A DNA stretch of 64,000 nucleotides from a bacterium (GCA_026417415.1 JAOADG010000008.1:515432-579431); one strand, 5' to 3'. Numbered from the stretch's first letter, positions 19,694-30,153 are shown. Notes: generated by a model not told the origin, from the sequence alone. Program-made: numbers and translations.

Positions 19694-20736
19694 TAAATGG
19701 AATTCCCATGTGAAGTAGAAGGGAGACCTGCGGCCAATAAGTCATGTAATCGTAACATTCCAATTGCTTTACCGTATGTATCAACTACTGGTAAAACAGA
19801 AATTTGTGAAGGACGATTTTCCATTAGGCGCAATGCTTCTAAGGCCAACATCCCCAAATGAGCTGTCACTGGATTTTTAGTCATTACTTCAGAAATTGGA
19901 TCAAGAAGTACTTTACTTCCAAATTTGAGAATACTTCTTCGTAAGTCACCATCCGTAAAAAATCCAATAAGTTTTCCATCCTCGTCAACAATGGACACAG
20001 CACCTAATGGAATTGAAGTTAATAATTTGATTGCATCTTGTATGGTTGCATTTGCTTGTATAGTTGGGTTTTCTTCACCTTTGTGCATCAGATCGTCTAC
20101 TTTAAGAAGAAGCTTTTTCCCTAAGCTTCCACCAGGATGAAGTTTAGCGAAGTCTTCTGGTTGAAAACCACGAATGGTCATTAATACAATTGCTAACGCG
20201 TCTCCCAAAGCCAAAGTTGCAGTTGTGGAACTGGTTGGTGTCAGTCCAGATAGACCCGCTTCTTTAATGTCTCCTAAGGGTAAATAAATATCCGATAAAT
20301 TTGCTAATTCAGAACGCTCGTTTTGAGTTATGGCAACAGTAGTTGCCCCTATTTTTTTTAGAATGGGTAAAATAGCGATCAACTCTTCAGTTTCACCGGA
20401 TTTTGAAAGCAAGATGCAAATATCACCAGGCCTTACGATACCAACATCACCATGAAGCCCTTCAGTGGGATGCAAAAAAATAGCTAACGTTCCAGTGGAG
20501 GATAGAGTCGCAGCAATTTTTCTTGCAATTAAACCAGATTTCCCCACTCCAGTAAGAATCACTTTTCCATTAGAATGTAAAATCAAATGGACCAATTTCA
20601 CGAAATTTTCATTCAGCACAGAAATCAAACTGTCTAATGCAGACCGTTCGGTAAGAATAACCTCTTTGGCAATTGCTAAAATTTCATCAGGAGTTCGCAT
20701 CATACTATTTGTTTGATAATTGTTCAACCAAGCCAC
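19693..20736 (-). CDS. kdsD: Arabinose-5-phosphate isomerase (SIS domain + tandem CBS domains), KdsD/KpsF family
   Basis: VILTGVGKSGLIARKIAATLSSTGT SIS motif, two C-terminal CBS repeats, and a 1-nt overlap with kdsA. Confidence 0.85.
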   Translation of the reverse strand: MAWLNNYQTNSMMRTPDEILAIAKEVILTERSALDSLISVLNENFVKLVHLILHSNGKVILTGVGKSGLIARKIAATLSSTGTLAIFLHPTEGLHGDVGIVRPGDICILLSKSGETEELIAILPILKKIGATTVAITQNERSELANLSDIYLPLGDIKEAGLSGLTPTSSTTATLALGDALAIVLMTIRGFQPEDFAKLHPGGSLGKKLLLKVDDLMHKGEENPTIQANATIQDAIKLLTSIPLGAVSIVDEDGKLIGFFTDGDLRRSILKFGSKVLLDPISEVMTKNPVTAHLGMLALEALRLMENRPSQISVLPVVDTYGKAIGMLRLHDLLAAGLPSTSHGNSI

Positions 20737-21253
20737 GTATATGGGTAAAATAGAATTTATCCAAATAAAAAAGGAGTATAATAGAATCTACTAAACTCAC
20801 GAAACCTACGTAAGGTGAATACATTCGTAATCGTTGAGATAAAATAGGATTTAAATTTTCACAAGTGTAAACAAGTTTTTGTGAAAAGGTATCAAGCGAT
20901 TGAAAATAGTACTTTCTGCGATATTTTCCACTTGGTTTTAAAAACCACCAATGTGGAATTGAATTTTTATCGGTGAATGGAGAAGATTGTATTGTTGATT
21001 GTTGTATTGGTTTCATTGGTAAGAAACGAAAGAGTCGAAAAGAAAGTTGAAAAGAAAACCACCAAAACCGATCAGATTGGATATTGTATTCAACAATCTG
21101 TGCAACACTCCAAGAGTTTTTAGAAACACGAAAACGCCAAAGTTGTCTTTCAATTGATAGTAAATACTTAATTACTTCTTGACGTTGTTGTTGAAAAATT
21201 GAAAGCGCACTCTCTAAGGAGTGCGCTGCATTTTCAAAATGTTCAAATTGCAT
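20705..21253 (-). CDS. Hypothetical protein, possibly DinB/YfiT-like four-helix bundle
   Basis: KNSWSVAQIVEYN resembles the DinB_2 WSxxQIxxH segment; otherwise uninformative. Confidence 0.3.
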   Translation of the reverse strand: MQFEHFENAAHSLESALSIFQQQRQEVIKYLLSIERQLWRFRVSKNSWSVAQIVEYNIQSDRFWWFSFQLSFRLFRFLPMKPIQQSTIQSSPFTDKNSIPHWWFLKPSGKYRRKYYFQSLDTFSQKLVYTCENLNPILSQRLRMYSPYVGFVSLVDSIILLFYLDKFYFTHIRGLVEQLSNK

Positions 21254-21258
21254 TGAAA

Positions 21259-21456
21259 CTATAAAATTTTATTGCAAGAGGTGCAATATTTAATACGCTT
21301 TCGGACGAATCTTAAAACACCAGTTTCAGTACGAATGGTTTCAACACGTAAAGTAGGTGCAGACATGGTTTCTTTTTGACAATGCGGACAGAATGTTATC
21401 AACGAAGCATTTTTTACCTTTTTGACTTTTTCACCAAATGACTGTTGCTTGGCCAT
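21259..21456 (-). CDS. Small zinc-ribbon protein (CxxC...CxxC), probably co-transcribed with rpmG; possible ribosome-associated protein
   Basis: FCPHCQ ... YCTSCNKIL; 65 aa, basic; 15 nt downstream of the L33 gene. Confidence 0.4.
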   Translation of the reverse strand: MAKQQSFGEKVKKVKNASLITFCPHCQKETMSAPTLRVETIRTETGVLRFVRKRIKYCTSCNKIL

Positions 21457-21471
21457 ATTCGTTAATCCTTT

Positions 21472-21660
21472 TTACTTCACTTCTTTGAATAGGGTTACTT
21501 TGCGTTCAAACTTGCAATACTTTTTCAATTCTATACGATCCGGAGTGTTCCGTTTGTTTTTGCTAGTAGCATATCTCGCAACACCCGGCATATTGTTTTT
21601 ACGGCATTCGGTACATTCAAGCAGTATATTGATACGTACTTCTTTCGATTTACTAGCCAT
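21472..21660 (-). CDS. rpmG: 50S ribosomal protein L33 (zinc-binding form)
   Basis: [36 protein letters not shown] matches L33 (YxTxKNKR...LEL(K/R)K(Y/F)) with the C4 zinc ribbon. Confidence 0.85.
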   Translation of the reverse strand: MASKSKEVRINILLECTECRKNNMPGVARYATSKNKRNTPDRIELKKYCKFERKVTLFKEVK

Positions 21661-21716
21661 ATAGTCCCTCCAAAAATAAAATTCTAAGAAAAAAAACGGT
21701 TTAAGTCAAATTAATA

Positions 21717-22796
21717 TTATTTAAAAATTAATAATCCTTGGGAGCCATCTGCTACGTACAACGTATTGTTTTTAACCAAGATTTTATTTGGCATATAGCA
21801 AGGCAATAATCCCAATTGTAAAGGATTGGTTTTTTGATGGATGGATAAAACATAAATTCCATCATTCGAATCCAAAGCATACAAATAGTTTTTATCCTCA
21901 GATAACTCTACTTGTCGTATCCTATTCGAACCATGTATAGGCATAATTTTAATCAAAGTTGGTTGTGTGGGATTTGATACAGAAACAACTGCAATACCAC
22001 GATCGTAAAGTGCGACATAGACAATGGAATCAGTTTTTGTAATCCAATATGAAACTGAAGGTAAATCCAAATGTCCAATTTCAATGGGAGCAACATCATA
22101 ACTATTTTGTTGCAAAATTGTTAAACCATATTCTTCGGTAGCCGCATAACTATAAGGTTTTTCCCATTTCGCCATTCGTATTCTTGCATATGGCAAAGGT
22201 GAAAGGTAGTTTGGTGAACTTGCTACCCAAGACCAGTACCAAATCTGTAAACCGGGATCAAAGATATATTGTAACGAATAAAGATTGTAACCGTCATTAT
22301 CTAAATTACACCTCATAGAACGCAACGTGGTATCTTGATCATAAAACAAGGTTAAATACACTGAAGTAGAAACATCACCCCCCTCTTGAATTTTAAATGA
22401 ATCATTTTCAACATAGTACAAATAGCGAGGCGCTGTGGTGGATGTATTTTCACGTTGACCAACGACTACTCGATTTTTTAAAGTATCATACCCCACCCAA
22501 ACCATTTCACGCGAAGATAATAAATTGTTGGTAATTGGTATATTGGGTTCAATAAGAGTAGGTGTACCGGATAAGCGAACTCTGGCTAAACCTGCATTAA
22601 AATCTGCTATGTAAGCAGTGTCTCGATGTACAACAACATCATAGGGTATTCCAGGTGTTTGAATAACTGCATTTAATTGAACAGGTAAAGGGGGTATATT
22701 CGATACTACAGGATTCCTTTGTTTAGCACATCCAACTAAAAAGATTACGATATAGCAATGGATTAAAAATGTAAGCAGCGCATGTTTGTAATTCAT
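21717..22796 (-). CDS. Lipoprotein with LVIVD-type beta-propeller repeats, hypothetical
   Basis: Start moved to MNYKHALLTFLIHCYIVIFLVGCAKQ (lipobox). Repeated GIAVVSVSNP / GIYVLSI / LYVADGSQGLLIFK motifs. Confidence 0.45.
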   Translation of the reverse strand: MNYKHALLTFLIHCYIVIFLVGCAKQRNPVVSNIPPLPVQLNAVIQTPGIPYDVVVHRDTAYIADFNAGLARVRLSGTPTLIEPNIPITNNLLSSREMVWVGYDTLKNRVVVGQRENTSTTAPRYLYYVENDSFKIQEGGDVSTSVYLTLFYDQDTTLRSMRCNLDNDGYNLYSLQYIFDPGLQIWYWSWVASSPNYLSPLPYARIRMAKWEKPYSYAATEEYGLTILQQNSYDVAPIEIGHLDLPSVSYWITKTDSIVYVALYDRGIAVVSVSNPTQPTLIKIMPIHGSNRIRQVELSEDKNYLYALDSNDGIYVLSIHQKTNPLQLGLLPCYMPNKILVKNNTLYVADGSQGLLIFK

Positions 22797-22818
22797 TTTT
22801 GCCCCAGATAAGAAGATA

Positions 22819-24132
22819 TTACAATTTAATGACATTATTTCCTTTGTAGCCCAATTTTTGTAATGCATTTCTTGTATCAAAGATGAGTTTTGAGTGATCT
22901 ATGACCAACTGATAATCTACTTTTTTATGGTCGGTTGTAATCACTACTAAGTCGTATTCATTAAGTTTATCACTAGTTAAAGCGATACTCTGGATTGAAT
23001 GATTTTCTTCACGAATGCTGGGAACATGTGGATCGTAATAATCTACAGTTGCTCCTAACTTTTTCAATAAAATCATCACATCTAACGCAGGAGATTCCCT
23101 AACGTCATCAATGTCTGCTTTATAAGCCATTCCCATTAAAAGAATTTTTGATCCTTTTACCGAACGTTGCAAATTGTTAAAGATGCGAATAATTCTTTGA
23201 ATAACATACTCTGGCATGTGACCATTGATTTCTGTTGCCAATTCAATAAATTTTGCACGATAATTGTGAAAACGTAGTTTCCATGCTAAGTAAGAGGGGT
23301 CAATCGGAATACAATGTCCGCCTAATCCGGGACCCGGATAAAAGGGCATAAAACCAAAAGGTTTCGTGGCGGCAGCGTTTACAATTTCCCAAACATCTGT
23401 TCCGAGAACATCGCAAATGATTGCTAATTCATTAACTAATCCGATATTAATCGCACGAAAGGTGTTTTCGTAAAGTTTTACCATTTCTGCAGCTGTTGCA
23501 CTACTCACTCGGACCACATTTTGAATAACTGTTTGATAGAAAGAAATGGCCACCTCACAACAATCTGAGGTAGAACCACCCACGACCTTTGGAGTGTTTT
23601 GAGTATGATAAATTGGATTACCCGGATCTACACGCTCAGGACTAAACGAAGCAAAGATATCCACACCAATTTTGAGTCCGTTGCGAGTCAATTGTGGAAC
23701 CATTAATTCATTGGTTGTTCCAGGGTAGGTTGTTGATTCTAATGTCACTAACATTCCTTGATGTACAAAAGGTTCCATTTTATCTAAAGCACTTACGATA
23801 AATTGCATATCTGGATCACCAGTTTTATTTAGTGGGGTAGGAACAGTGATGGCAACCACTTCCACATTTTGTATTTCGGAATAATCTAATGTTGCTCGTA
23901 ATTTTCCGTTTGAAACCAATTGGTTAAGTTCTTCATCTTTTACATCACCGATGTAATTTTTTCCTTGATTGACGAGATTTACTTTATTAGAATCAACTTC
24001 AATACCAATTACTTGATATCCAGCTTTTGCTGCTTCAACCGCAAGAGGCAATCCGACATATCCAAGACCTATGACCGCTACTTTGGCTTGTCTATTGGAA
24101 AACATTTCAATGAGTTGTTCTTTAATAGTCAT
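22819..24132 (-). CDS. Nucleotide-sugar dehydrogenase (UDP-GlcNAc / UDP-ManNAc / UDP-Glc 6-dehydrogenase family)
   Basis: KVAVIGLGYVGLPLAVEAAKAGYQVIGIEVD Rossmann motif and the catalytic GGHCIPIDP segment. The start was moved to MTIKEQ (ATG 24132). Confidence 0.8.
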   Translation of the reverse strand: MTIKEQLIEMFSNRQAKVAVIGLGYVGLPLAVEAAKAGYQVIGIEVDSNKVNLVNQGKNYIGDVKDEELNQLVSNGKLRATLDYSEIQNVEVVAITVPTPLNKTGDPDMQFIVSALDKMEPFVHQGMLVTLESTTYPGTTNELMVPQLTRNGLKIGVDIFASFSPERVDPGNPIYHTQNTPKVVGGSTSDCCEVAISFYQTVIQNVVRVSSATAAEMVKLYENTFRAINIGLVNELAIICDVLGTDVWEIVNAAATKPFGFMPFYPGPGLGGHCIPIDPSYLAWKLRFHNYRAKFIELATEINGHMPEYVIQRIIRIFNNLQRSVKGSKILLMGMAYKADIDDVRESPALDVMILLKKLGATVDYYDPHVPSIREENHSIQSIALTSDKLNEYDLVVITTDHKKVDYQLVIDHSKLIFDTRNALQKLGYKGNNVIKL

Positions 24133-24222
24133 AAAAACTCCTTTAGAATTGAAAAAAAAACAGTAACAAGTTATCGTATTCATTTGAATACTTCAAGCCC
24201 ACATTTTGGAAGAAGGTGAAGA

Positions 24223-24993
24223 ATGATTGACAATAAAAACGAAAGAGGCGATCTTCATCGCCCTACTTTAGAAATTGTACGAGGTCCAAAAGTACGTATC
24301 GTTTTAGTGTCACCAACCAACCCTGGAAACATTGGTGCAACCGCACGTGCGATGCGCGTAACGGGTTTTACCGATTTAGTATTAGTGAATACCACATTGC
24401 CTTTAGATAGAGGTCTTGATTATGCAATGGCGTGGGGTTCGTTAGAAATTTTAGAAAAAGCAAAGAAAGTTGAAACCTTAGAAGCGGCTCTTGAAAATTG
24501 TCAATTAGCTGTAGCAACTTCAGCACGTCCAAGGCATAGTTACCGAGAGGTATTGACTCCTGAAGAAATCTCTACAAAACTTGCTCAATTTGATCAAAAT
24601 ATGCGTGTTGCATTCGTATTTGGTCGTGAGGATACAGGACTGACCAATGAAGAAATGGAGCGTTGTGATTATTGGTCACGAATACCAAGTGCAAATAAAT
24701 TTCCCTCTTATAATTTGGCACAAGCGGTACAAATTTATGTTTACTGCTTGTTTAGAGCGTTTAGTCAAGAAAACCTCCGAGAGACAAGAAAATGTGCAAC
24801 AGTAGATGAAATCAATTGGTTTTACAAACGTGTTCGGGAACAATTAGAAAAAAACGGATTTGTACCAAGGGATGGAATGGAAGAGTTTATTAATCATTAC
24901 CGTGGTTTAATGAAAGAAATGATTGTAGATGCCCATGCTTGTGCTTTTATGCATAAAATGTTGGATGGACTTTTAGGTGTGCGTAAAAAATAA
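24223..24993 (+). CDS. trmJ: SpoU/TrmH-class RNA 2'-O-methyltransferase, TrmJ-like
   Basis: RIVLVSPTNPGNIGATARAMRVTGFTDLVLV matches the TrmJ N-terminal motif, and the ~250 aa size fits. Confidence 0.7.
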   Translation: MIDNKNERGDLHRPTLEIVRGPKVRIVLVSPTNPGNIGATARAMRVTGFTDLVLVNTTLPLDRGLDYAMAWGSLEILEKAKKVETLEAALENCQLAVATSARPRHSYREVLTPEEISTKLAQFDQNMRVAFVFGREDTGLTNEEMERCDYWSRIPSANKFPSYNLAQAVQIYVYCLFRAFSQENLRETRKCATVDEINWFYKRVREQLEKNGFVPRDGMEEFINHYRGLMKEMIVDAHACAFMHKMLDGLLGVRKK

Positions 24994-25176
24994 ATAAAAT
25001 TGTAGTCCAACATTTTTATAATATTTTCGTATTTCGTATCATAAAAGGGGATTTACCCTCACAGTTCCTAAATGGAAAAAGTTCGCAAACTTATTGCTAA
25101 AGTACCCCTCGTTAAACTCACATCTGTTCAAAGTAATCTTTCAAGTTGAAAGTAATCTCTTAATAGGGAGGTATGA

Positions 25177-26067
25177 ATGAATCTTCGTACGAACCAATCC
25201 TTAGAGCGTTATCTCCAGGAAATTGGTGAAGTACCACTGCTTACAGCAGAACAAGAAATCGAACTGGCTAAACAGATTCGTTTAGGAGGGCGTGTTGGAC
25301 AACGTGCTTTAGATACCTTAACGAAAGCGAATCTTAGATTTGTTGTCTCTGTGGCTAAGCAATACCAAAATCAAGGACTGTCTCTCAACGATTTAATCAA
25401 CGAAGGGAATTTAGGTCTGATTAAAGCAGCACAACGATTTGATGAAACCAGAGGTTTTAAATTCATTAGTTATGCTGTTTGGTGGATCCGTCAATCCATT
25501 TTACAAGCGCTTGCGGAACAAAGTCGAGTAGTAAGGTTACCACTTAATCGTGTAGGTGCTATTAATAAAATTCAGAAAAAGTATTCTGAGTTAGAACAAC
25601 TCCAAGAGCGTGAACCGACTGCTGAAGAAATAGCTGAAGCACTACAAATGTCACCTACTGAGGTCAACGAAACATTACAAATGAATGGACGTCATTTGTC
25701 AATGGATGCACCTTTTGCTCAAGGTGAAGATAACCGACTGTTAGATATAGTTCCAGATGAAACAAGCACTCCACCTGATTCAGGTTTAGTGCGTGAATCC
25801 TTAGAGAAGGAAATTGAACGAGCATTAGCAACATTGACTGAGCGTGAAGCCGATGTGATTCGTTGGTACTTTGGTTTGCATAAAAAGAAAAAAATTAGTG
25901 GTATAGATGGTGAAGAACTTGAAACTCATGAACCTGCTCTTACTTTGGAAGAGATCGGTGAAAAATTGAAATTAACAAGAGAACGAGTAAGGCAAATCAA
26001 AGAAAAAGCAATACGACGGTTACGTCACCAATCGCGTTCATCAAATTTAAGACCATTTCTTGGATAA
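25177..26067 (+). CDS. rpoD: Primary RNA polymerase sigma factor (short sigma-70/SigA form lacking region 1.1)
   Basis: Region 2 ([37 protein letters not shown]), region 3 and region 4.2 ([30 protein letters not shown]). Confidence 0.85.
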   Translation: MNLRTNQSLERYLQEIGEVPLLTAEQEIELAKQIRLGGRVGQRALDTLTKANLRFVVSVAKQYQNQGLSLNDLINEGNLGLIKAAQRFDETRGFKFISYAVWWIRQSILQALAEQSRVVRLPLNRVGAINKIQKKYSELEQLQEREPTAEEIAEALQMSPTEVNETLQMNGRHLSMDAPFAQGEDNRLLDIVPDETSTPPDSGLVRESLEKEIERALATLTEREADVIRWYFGLHKKKKISGIDGEELETHEPALTLEEIGEKLKLTRERVRQIKEKAIRRLRHQSRSSNLRPFLG

Positions 26068-26081
26068 AGAATTAGAAAACA

Positions 26082-26116
26082 TAAAAACGCCGAGTAAATT
26101 ACTCGGCGTTTTTATT
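26082..26116. terminator. Bidirectional rho-independent terminator between rpoD and the convergent lipoprotein gene
   Basis: AAAAACGCCGAGT-AAATT-ACTCGGCGTTTTTATTT: a 10-bp perfect stem flanked by A- and T-runs. Confidence 0.75.
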
Positions 26117-26708
26117 TATTAAAAGGAGTGATCAACCGATTGGCAAATTCAGAAATGGACTTTTCAGAAGGTTTGCTGCTTAATACTTCATGCCAAATAA
26201 CGGCTTCTTTTTGAACATCCACGATAGCAATTCTTAGTTTACTAACAATTTCTTTTGAATTATCCTCTTTGAAGGTGGGTGTGTTATTTCTAATGAATTC
26301 TTGCTGTTCTGAACTCTGTCGTTCCAAATAAGAAAGAGAATTTGTTGACGTATCAGAGAAATCAGGATCTTCAAACAGAACAAGTGTTGCCTGAACTTGT
26401 TTAGCCATCGTAATCGCAATTGGTAAGTTAACACGGTGAATTAAACGATACATTTTTTCTGTCTCTGTTCTATTCAAACATTCACTTTCCGGAAAAGTGA
26501 TGATTCGAAATGGGGGATTTTCTAAACGATCTAACACTTTGCCAATCACGTTAGCACCACTTCCTTTTGGAAGTAATACTAAAAGAGTTGGATAATCTTT
26601 TGGCTGATAGGATTGGTAATAATGGATACCACTAGAACAACTAAAAAAGAAAACTGTGAAATAAATTAGTAAATCAATTTTTCTTTTTTTTAGTTTTCCC
26701 ATTTGCAC
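26112..26708 (-). CDS. Hypothetical lipoprotein
   Basis: LLIYFTVFFFSCSSG signal peptide with a lipobox-like Cys; no recognisable domain. Confidence 0.4.
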   Translation of the reverse strand: MQMGKLKKRKIDLLIYFTVFFFSCSSGIHYYQSYQPKDYPTLLVLLPKGSGANVIGKVLDRLENPPFRIITFPESECLNRTETEKMYRLIHRVNLPIAITMAKQVQATLVLFEDPDFSDTSTNSLSYLERQSSEQQEFIRNNTPTFKEDNSKEIVSKLRIAIVDVQKEAVIWHEVLSSKPSEKSISEFANRLITPFNK

Positions 26709-28294
26709 TCCATCGCAAAATCAAGAACATCCAACTTCTTTCCAGTAGCCATTTCAATTAAATCATTCCAGTAATATTCTTTTCCATACGAAAAAATATG
26801 GTCCATTAGAAATTGACCAACTTTTGGTGAAGTAATGTAAGCCAATTCAACTTCAGGTTCGTCTTTTAATACTTCACGTTTGATATAAGATTGAATTTGA
26901 GAAGCCATTAAATCACCAAGTAGATAATTCTGATAATAAACGGGGCTACAACCGATGTGTATTTTAGCTGCCCAGTCGCTATTTGTACGATTTTCTGGTT
27001 TTTTCACTTCTTGAAACTTTTCTACTAAATCCCACCATAGATTATCCAAATCCTGATCTGGATCTTGATACAGTGCACGTTCAAAATGTACCATCACCAT
27101 ACACCACCGTGACATGATCAGATGTTTTTCTGCCATATTTCTTTTAAATAGAACACCAGCGTTATTGGCAACTTCTTCAGGAACACCTAAATAGTGACGT
27201 AGCCAAGTTGGATTTTTCACATTTCTTTCCATCAACATTGCAATTGCTTCTGTGGTTAAGGTATGTGCAGGAATACGTAACAAGAATGGTAAATCTCTAC
27301 GGATGTACTTGTCATACACACCATGCCCGAATTCGTGGAGCATTGTACTCATCCAATTTTCGTTAGGTTTGATATTACATAAAATTCGTATATCATCGGC
27401 TCGATCAACCGACATACAATAAGCATGTTGTTGTTTTCCTTCTCGTTCATATAAATCACTGTTGGTGAGAATTGAATCAATCGGCAAACCGATATTTTGA
27501 TAAAAAGTTTTTGTCAATTTTTCTAAGTCAGCATTTTTGTAATAATCATGCAGAGAAACTTCAGGTTCAGGTGCTTCTTGAAAGAAAGGATCTGAGTAAT
27601 GCCAGGGTCTTAAATCTGAAACGTCAATATGAAATTTTTTAGCAAGTTTTTCATCAAGATTTTTTTTGAAATTCTTCCAATCATCCTTAGTAATTTGATT
27701 TATTTGATCAAAAGTTGATATCAATGTATCTGGATCCAATTCTTGAAGAATAATTCGCATGGTCCAGAAATCAGGAAATCCCAAACGACGTGCTATAGAA
27801 TTCCTAAGTTTTGCCAACTCGCGGATTTTGGGACCTGTTATCCCTCCAATTTGTTTTGAACCCTCCCATACTTCTTTTCTAAATGATGCGTCAGTGGAGT
27901 GTTTGAGTTGTTCACGTAGCCAATTTTCTGTTCGTGCTTCTCCTAAAACTATAGCACGATAAGTAGTAAAATCATTTTCAATTTCTTTCTCTCTGCGAAC
28001 TGTTTCTGCAATTTCAGTAGGGGTTAGTGCTGAACCAGTAAATTCTAATAAAAGTAGGTCTGTTATTCGCTTTGTATGAGCATCAAATTCTTGATAGGAG
28101 TTTGAAAACGATTTGATTTGTTCGAAACGATTCGAATCTGCAAAAAGGGACAATAATTTTTTATCTGCTTCCATACTTCGTTTCATCGCCGTTTCATTAC
28201 CTGTAGTAGTAAATTCCCAGTAACTTTCACATGCTTCTTTGTAAAGGGGAATGTATTCATTGGTAAAGTTTTGAATAAACTGCTGCAGATTCAT
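26690..28294 (-). CDS. Zinc metallopeptidase, M3-like (oligoendopeptidase F / M32-like) family
   Basis: MLHEFGHGVYDKY HExxH motif. The start was moved to MNLQQFIQNF (ATG 28294) because a perfect GGAGGA sits 5 nt upstream, and the longer track ORF would overlap recO by 94 nt. Confidence 0.6.
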   Translation of the reverse strand: MNLQQFIQNFTNEYIPLYKEACESYWEFTTTGNETAMKRSMEADKKLLSLFADSNRFEQIKSFSNSYQEFDAHTKRITDLLLLEFTGSALTPTEIAETVRREKEIENDFTTYRAIVLGEARTENWLREQLKHSTDASFRKEVWEGSKQIGGITGPKIRELAKLRNSIARRLGFPDFWTMRIILQELDPDTLISTFDQINQITKDDWKNFKKNLDEKLAKKFHIDVSDLRPWHYSDPFFQEAPEPEVSLHDYYKNADLEKLTKTFYQNIGLPIDSILTNSDLYEREGKQQHAYCMSVDRADDIRILCNIKPNENWMSTMLHEFGHGVYDKYIRRDLPFLLRIPAHTLTTEAIAMLMERNVKNPTWLRHYLGVPEEVANNAGVLFKRNMAEKHLIMSRWCMVMVHFERALYQDPDQDLDNLWWDLVEKFQEVKKPENRTNSDWAAKIHIGCSPVYYQNYLLGDLMASQIQSYIKREVLKDEPEVELAYITSPKVGQFLMDHIFSYGKEYYWNDLIEMATGKKLDVLDFAMECKWEN

Positions 28295-28302
28295 AATTCC
28301 TC

Positions 28303-29064
28303 CTAATGAATAACCGAGTAAAATGGTTTCGGGACTGTAGTACCAGTATGATAATGTAAATATAAATTGATAAATGAATTCAATTCCTGTAAACAAGTGA
28401 AACTAAGTTTCATGCTTTTGACTTTAGTTTCTGGTATCGATTCAAGAACTCGAATGGAAGAAATTGTATCCCCTTTTAAATATAATCCATAGATTTCTTT
28501 TACTTGAATAGAACTTTTTGCTAAACACTTTTCACAAATAAAATGTCCGCATTGAATATCTGCAAAAATTTTTGTTCCAGTTATTTGGTAACCACACACT
28601 TTACAGCGTTCTACAGTTAATCCGAAACCAAGTTCAGCCATCCACCGAATAAAAAATTGAATACAATATAAATTTGATTTGATTGGATCTTGTGCCATTG
28701 CGAACAGTGTCCGTAGAAGTTGAAAATAGCCGTTTGTATAGGAAACTTGAACGGGTAACGTTTGTCTAACCATTTGAAGAATACGTAAAACTTCCCACCG
28801 ATGTTCAAAGCCGTCCAACTGCATAGGAGTATCTTGAAACTCAATGGATAGAAGATGTTGCAAGTCGTAAGATGGTTGATGATTCCAAATACAATAAACC
28901 ATTGAAGCGACTTTATGATAACTTGCAATCATTGATTTTGGTCGTCTAGAACCTTTTGACAAGAAGGTGAGTTTGCCAAAGCGTTGGCAAAATAAAGTCA
29001 GAATGTGAGAAGATTCACTCCAACGTTTATTATATAACACAATTCCATAATCGTTTTGAAACAT
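28303..29064 (-). CDS. recO: DNA repair protein RecO
   Basis: N-terminal OB-fold region (GIVLYNKRWSESSHILTLF...FGKLTFLSKGSRRPKS) and C-terminal CKVCG...C..C zinc finger. Confidence 0.8.
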   Translation of the reverse strand: MFQNDYGIVLYNKRWSESSHILTLFCQRFGKLTFLSKGSRRPKSMIASYHKVASMVYCIWNHQPSYDLQHLLSIEFQDTPMQLDGFEHRWEVLRILQMVRQTLPVQVSYTNGYFQLLRTLFAMAQDPIKSNLYCIQFFIRWMAELGFGLTVERCKVCGYQITGTKIFADIQCGHFICEKCLAKSSIQVKEIYGLYLKGDTISSIRVLESIPETKVKSMKLSFTCLQELNSFINLYLHYHTGTTVPKPFYSVIH

Positions 29065-29484
29065 TTAACTTGAAGAAGATTGACTTATCCGTTCAATTCC
29101 GTAAGATATGATTATCCCAGATAAGCAGGCAATAAATAAAAATTGAGGATACTTCATCGGTTGTGTGAATGCAAGTAACGGAAGCGTAAATATTACACTA
29201 ATGACCATACCTTTCAGTAAAAAAAGAATTTTCCAAGGGACGAGGGAATAAGTGATCGCTGTTGCTATACGAATGCCAATAAACAACAGTAAAATTAAAA
29301 ACTGTTGTTTGGTTTTGGGAATGATTCCTGCTTCAACAAATCCAACCACTACACCTACCATGAAACTAACAATCATTCTTTTGGCAGTAATCTTCGCTAA
29401 TCTATGTCCAAATAAGATTTCTTGTAACTCTTTTCGTTTCAAGATACTGTTTTCTTCATCGGAATTGAGCGGATCGGATTGCAT
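29065..29484 (-). CDS. Hypothetical membrane protein (3-4 TM helices)
   Basis: Hydrophobic segments; abuts recO (0-nt gap) and the CPBP protease gene. Confidence 0.35.
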   Translation of the reverse strand: MQSDPLNSDEENSILKRKELQEILFGHRLAKITAKRMIVSFMVGVVVGFVEAGIIPKTKQQFLILLLFIGIRIATAITYSLVPWKILFLLKGMVISVIFTLPLLAFTQPMKYPQFLFIACLSGIIISYGIERISQSSSS

Positions 29485-29508
29485 GGTATCCTCAATTAAA
29501 AGAGGGGA

Positions 29509-30153
29509 TTATACAAATGAATGATTCGATGTAATATCAAAGGGGAAAAACATAAACATCATAATGATCCAAGTACAATGACTGATAATAGGAATATAAA
29601 TGTTTTTTGTGATGGAATAGATCCACCCCCAAACCAAAGCAGTGATAAATGCTGCAAAATACAAAATCGGATTCTGGGTTGGTATATGTAATATACCATA
29701 CATCGTAGATGTGAGTAGTAACCCTCTTTTAGTTCCTAATTTACTCATTAGAAAAGATTGGATATATCCACGAAAAAAAATTTCTTCTGCAGCACTGAGT
29801 AATAGAATAACCCCAATAAACCACCAATTGGGTGTGAGAGCGTTTCTAACAATCGTAACAAACTCTAAAAACATTGTGTTTTCGAAAAGGACTTGGTTAA
29901 GTAATAAATAACCAATTCGAATTGTGTAATAAAGAAAAACTGCAGAAAGAACTCCAAAAAATACTCCGGTGAAAGTAATTTTAGAGTGTTGAATGAAGTG
30001 TTTAAAAGCTGGGACAGAAAAGAGAAATAACAAAACGGATATAATTACGATAATTGCTTGAAAAGGAATTAGATGTAAAACGAATAAATTGTACCATAAA
30101 AAGAAAACTACAATGTAAGAGAAAAGTAAATAGTACAATTTAGTTTGAAACAT
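29509..30153 (-). CDS. CPBP-family intramembrane metalloprotease (CAAX protease / Abi-like)
   Basis: EEIFFRGY motif 1 and YGILH motif 3 within a polytopic membrane protein. Confidence 0.7.
   Translation of the reverse strand: MFQTKLYYLLFSYIVVFFLWYNLFVLHLIPFQAIIVIISVLLFLFSVPAFKHFIQHSKITFTGVFFGVLSAVFLYYTIRIGYLLLNQVLFENTMFLEFVTIVRNALTPNWWFIGVILLLSAAEEIFFRGYIQSFLMSKLGTKRGLLLTSTMYGILHIPTQNPILYFAAFITALVWGWIYSITKNIYIPIISHCTWIIMMFMFFPFDITSNHSFV

Noticed and set aside
26690-28396. Long form of the M3-like peptidase ORF overlapping recO by 94 nt
   Set aside because: The internal ATG at 28294 has a perfect GGAGGA at the right spacing and removes the overlap, and the extra 34 aa are hydrophobic and low-complexity.
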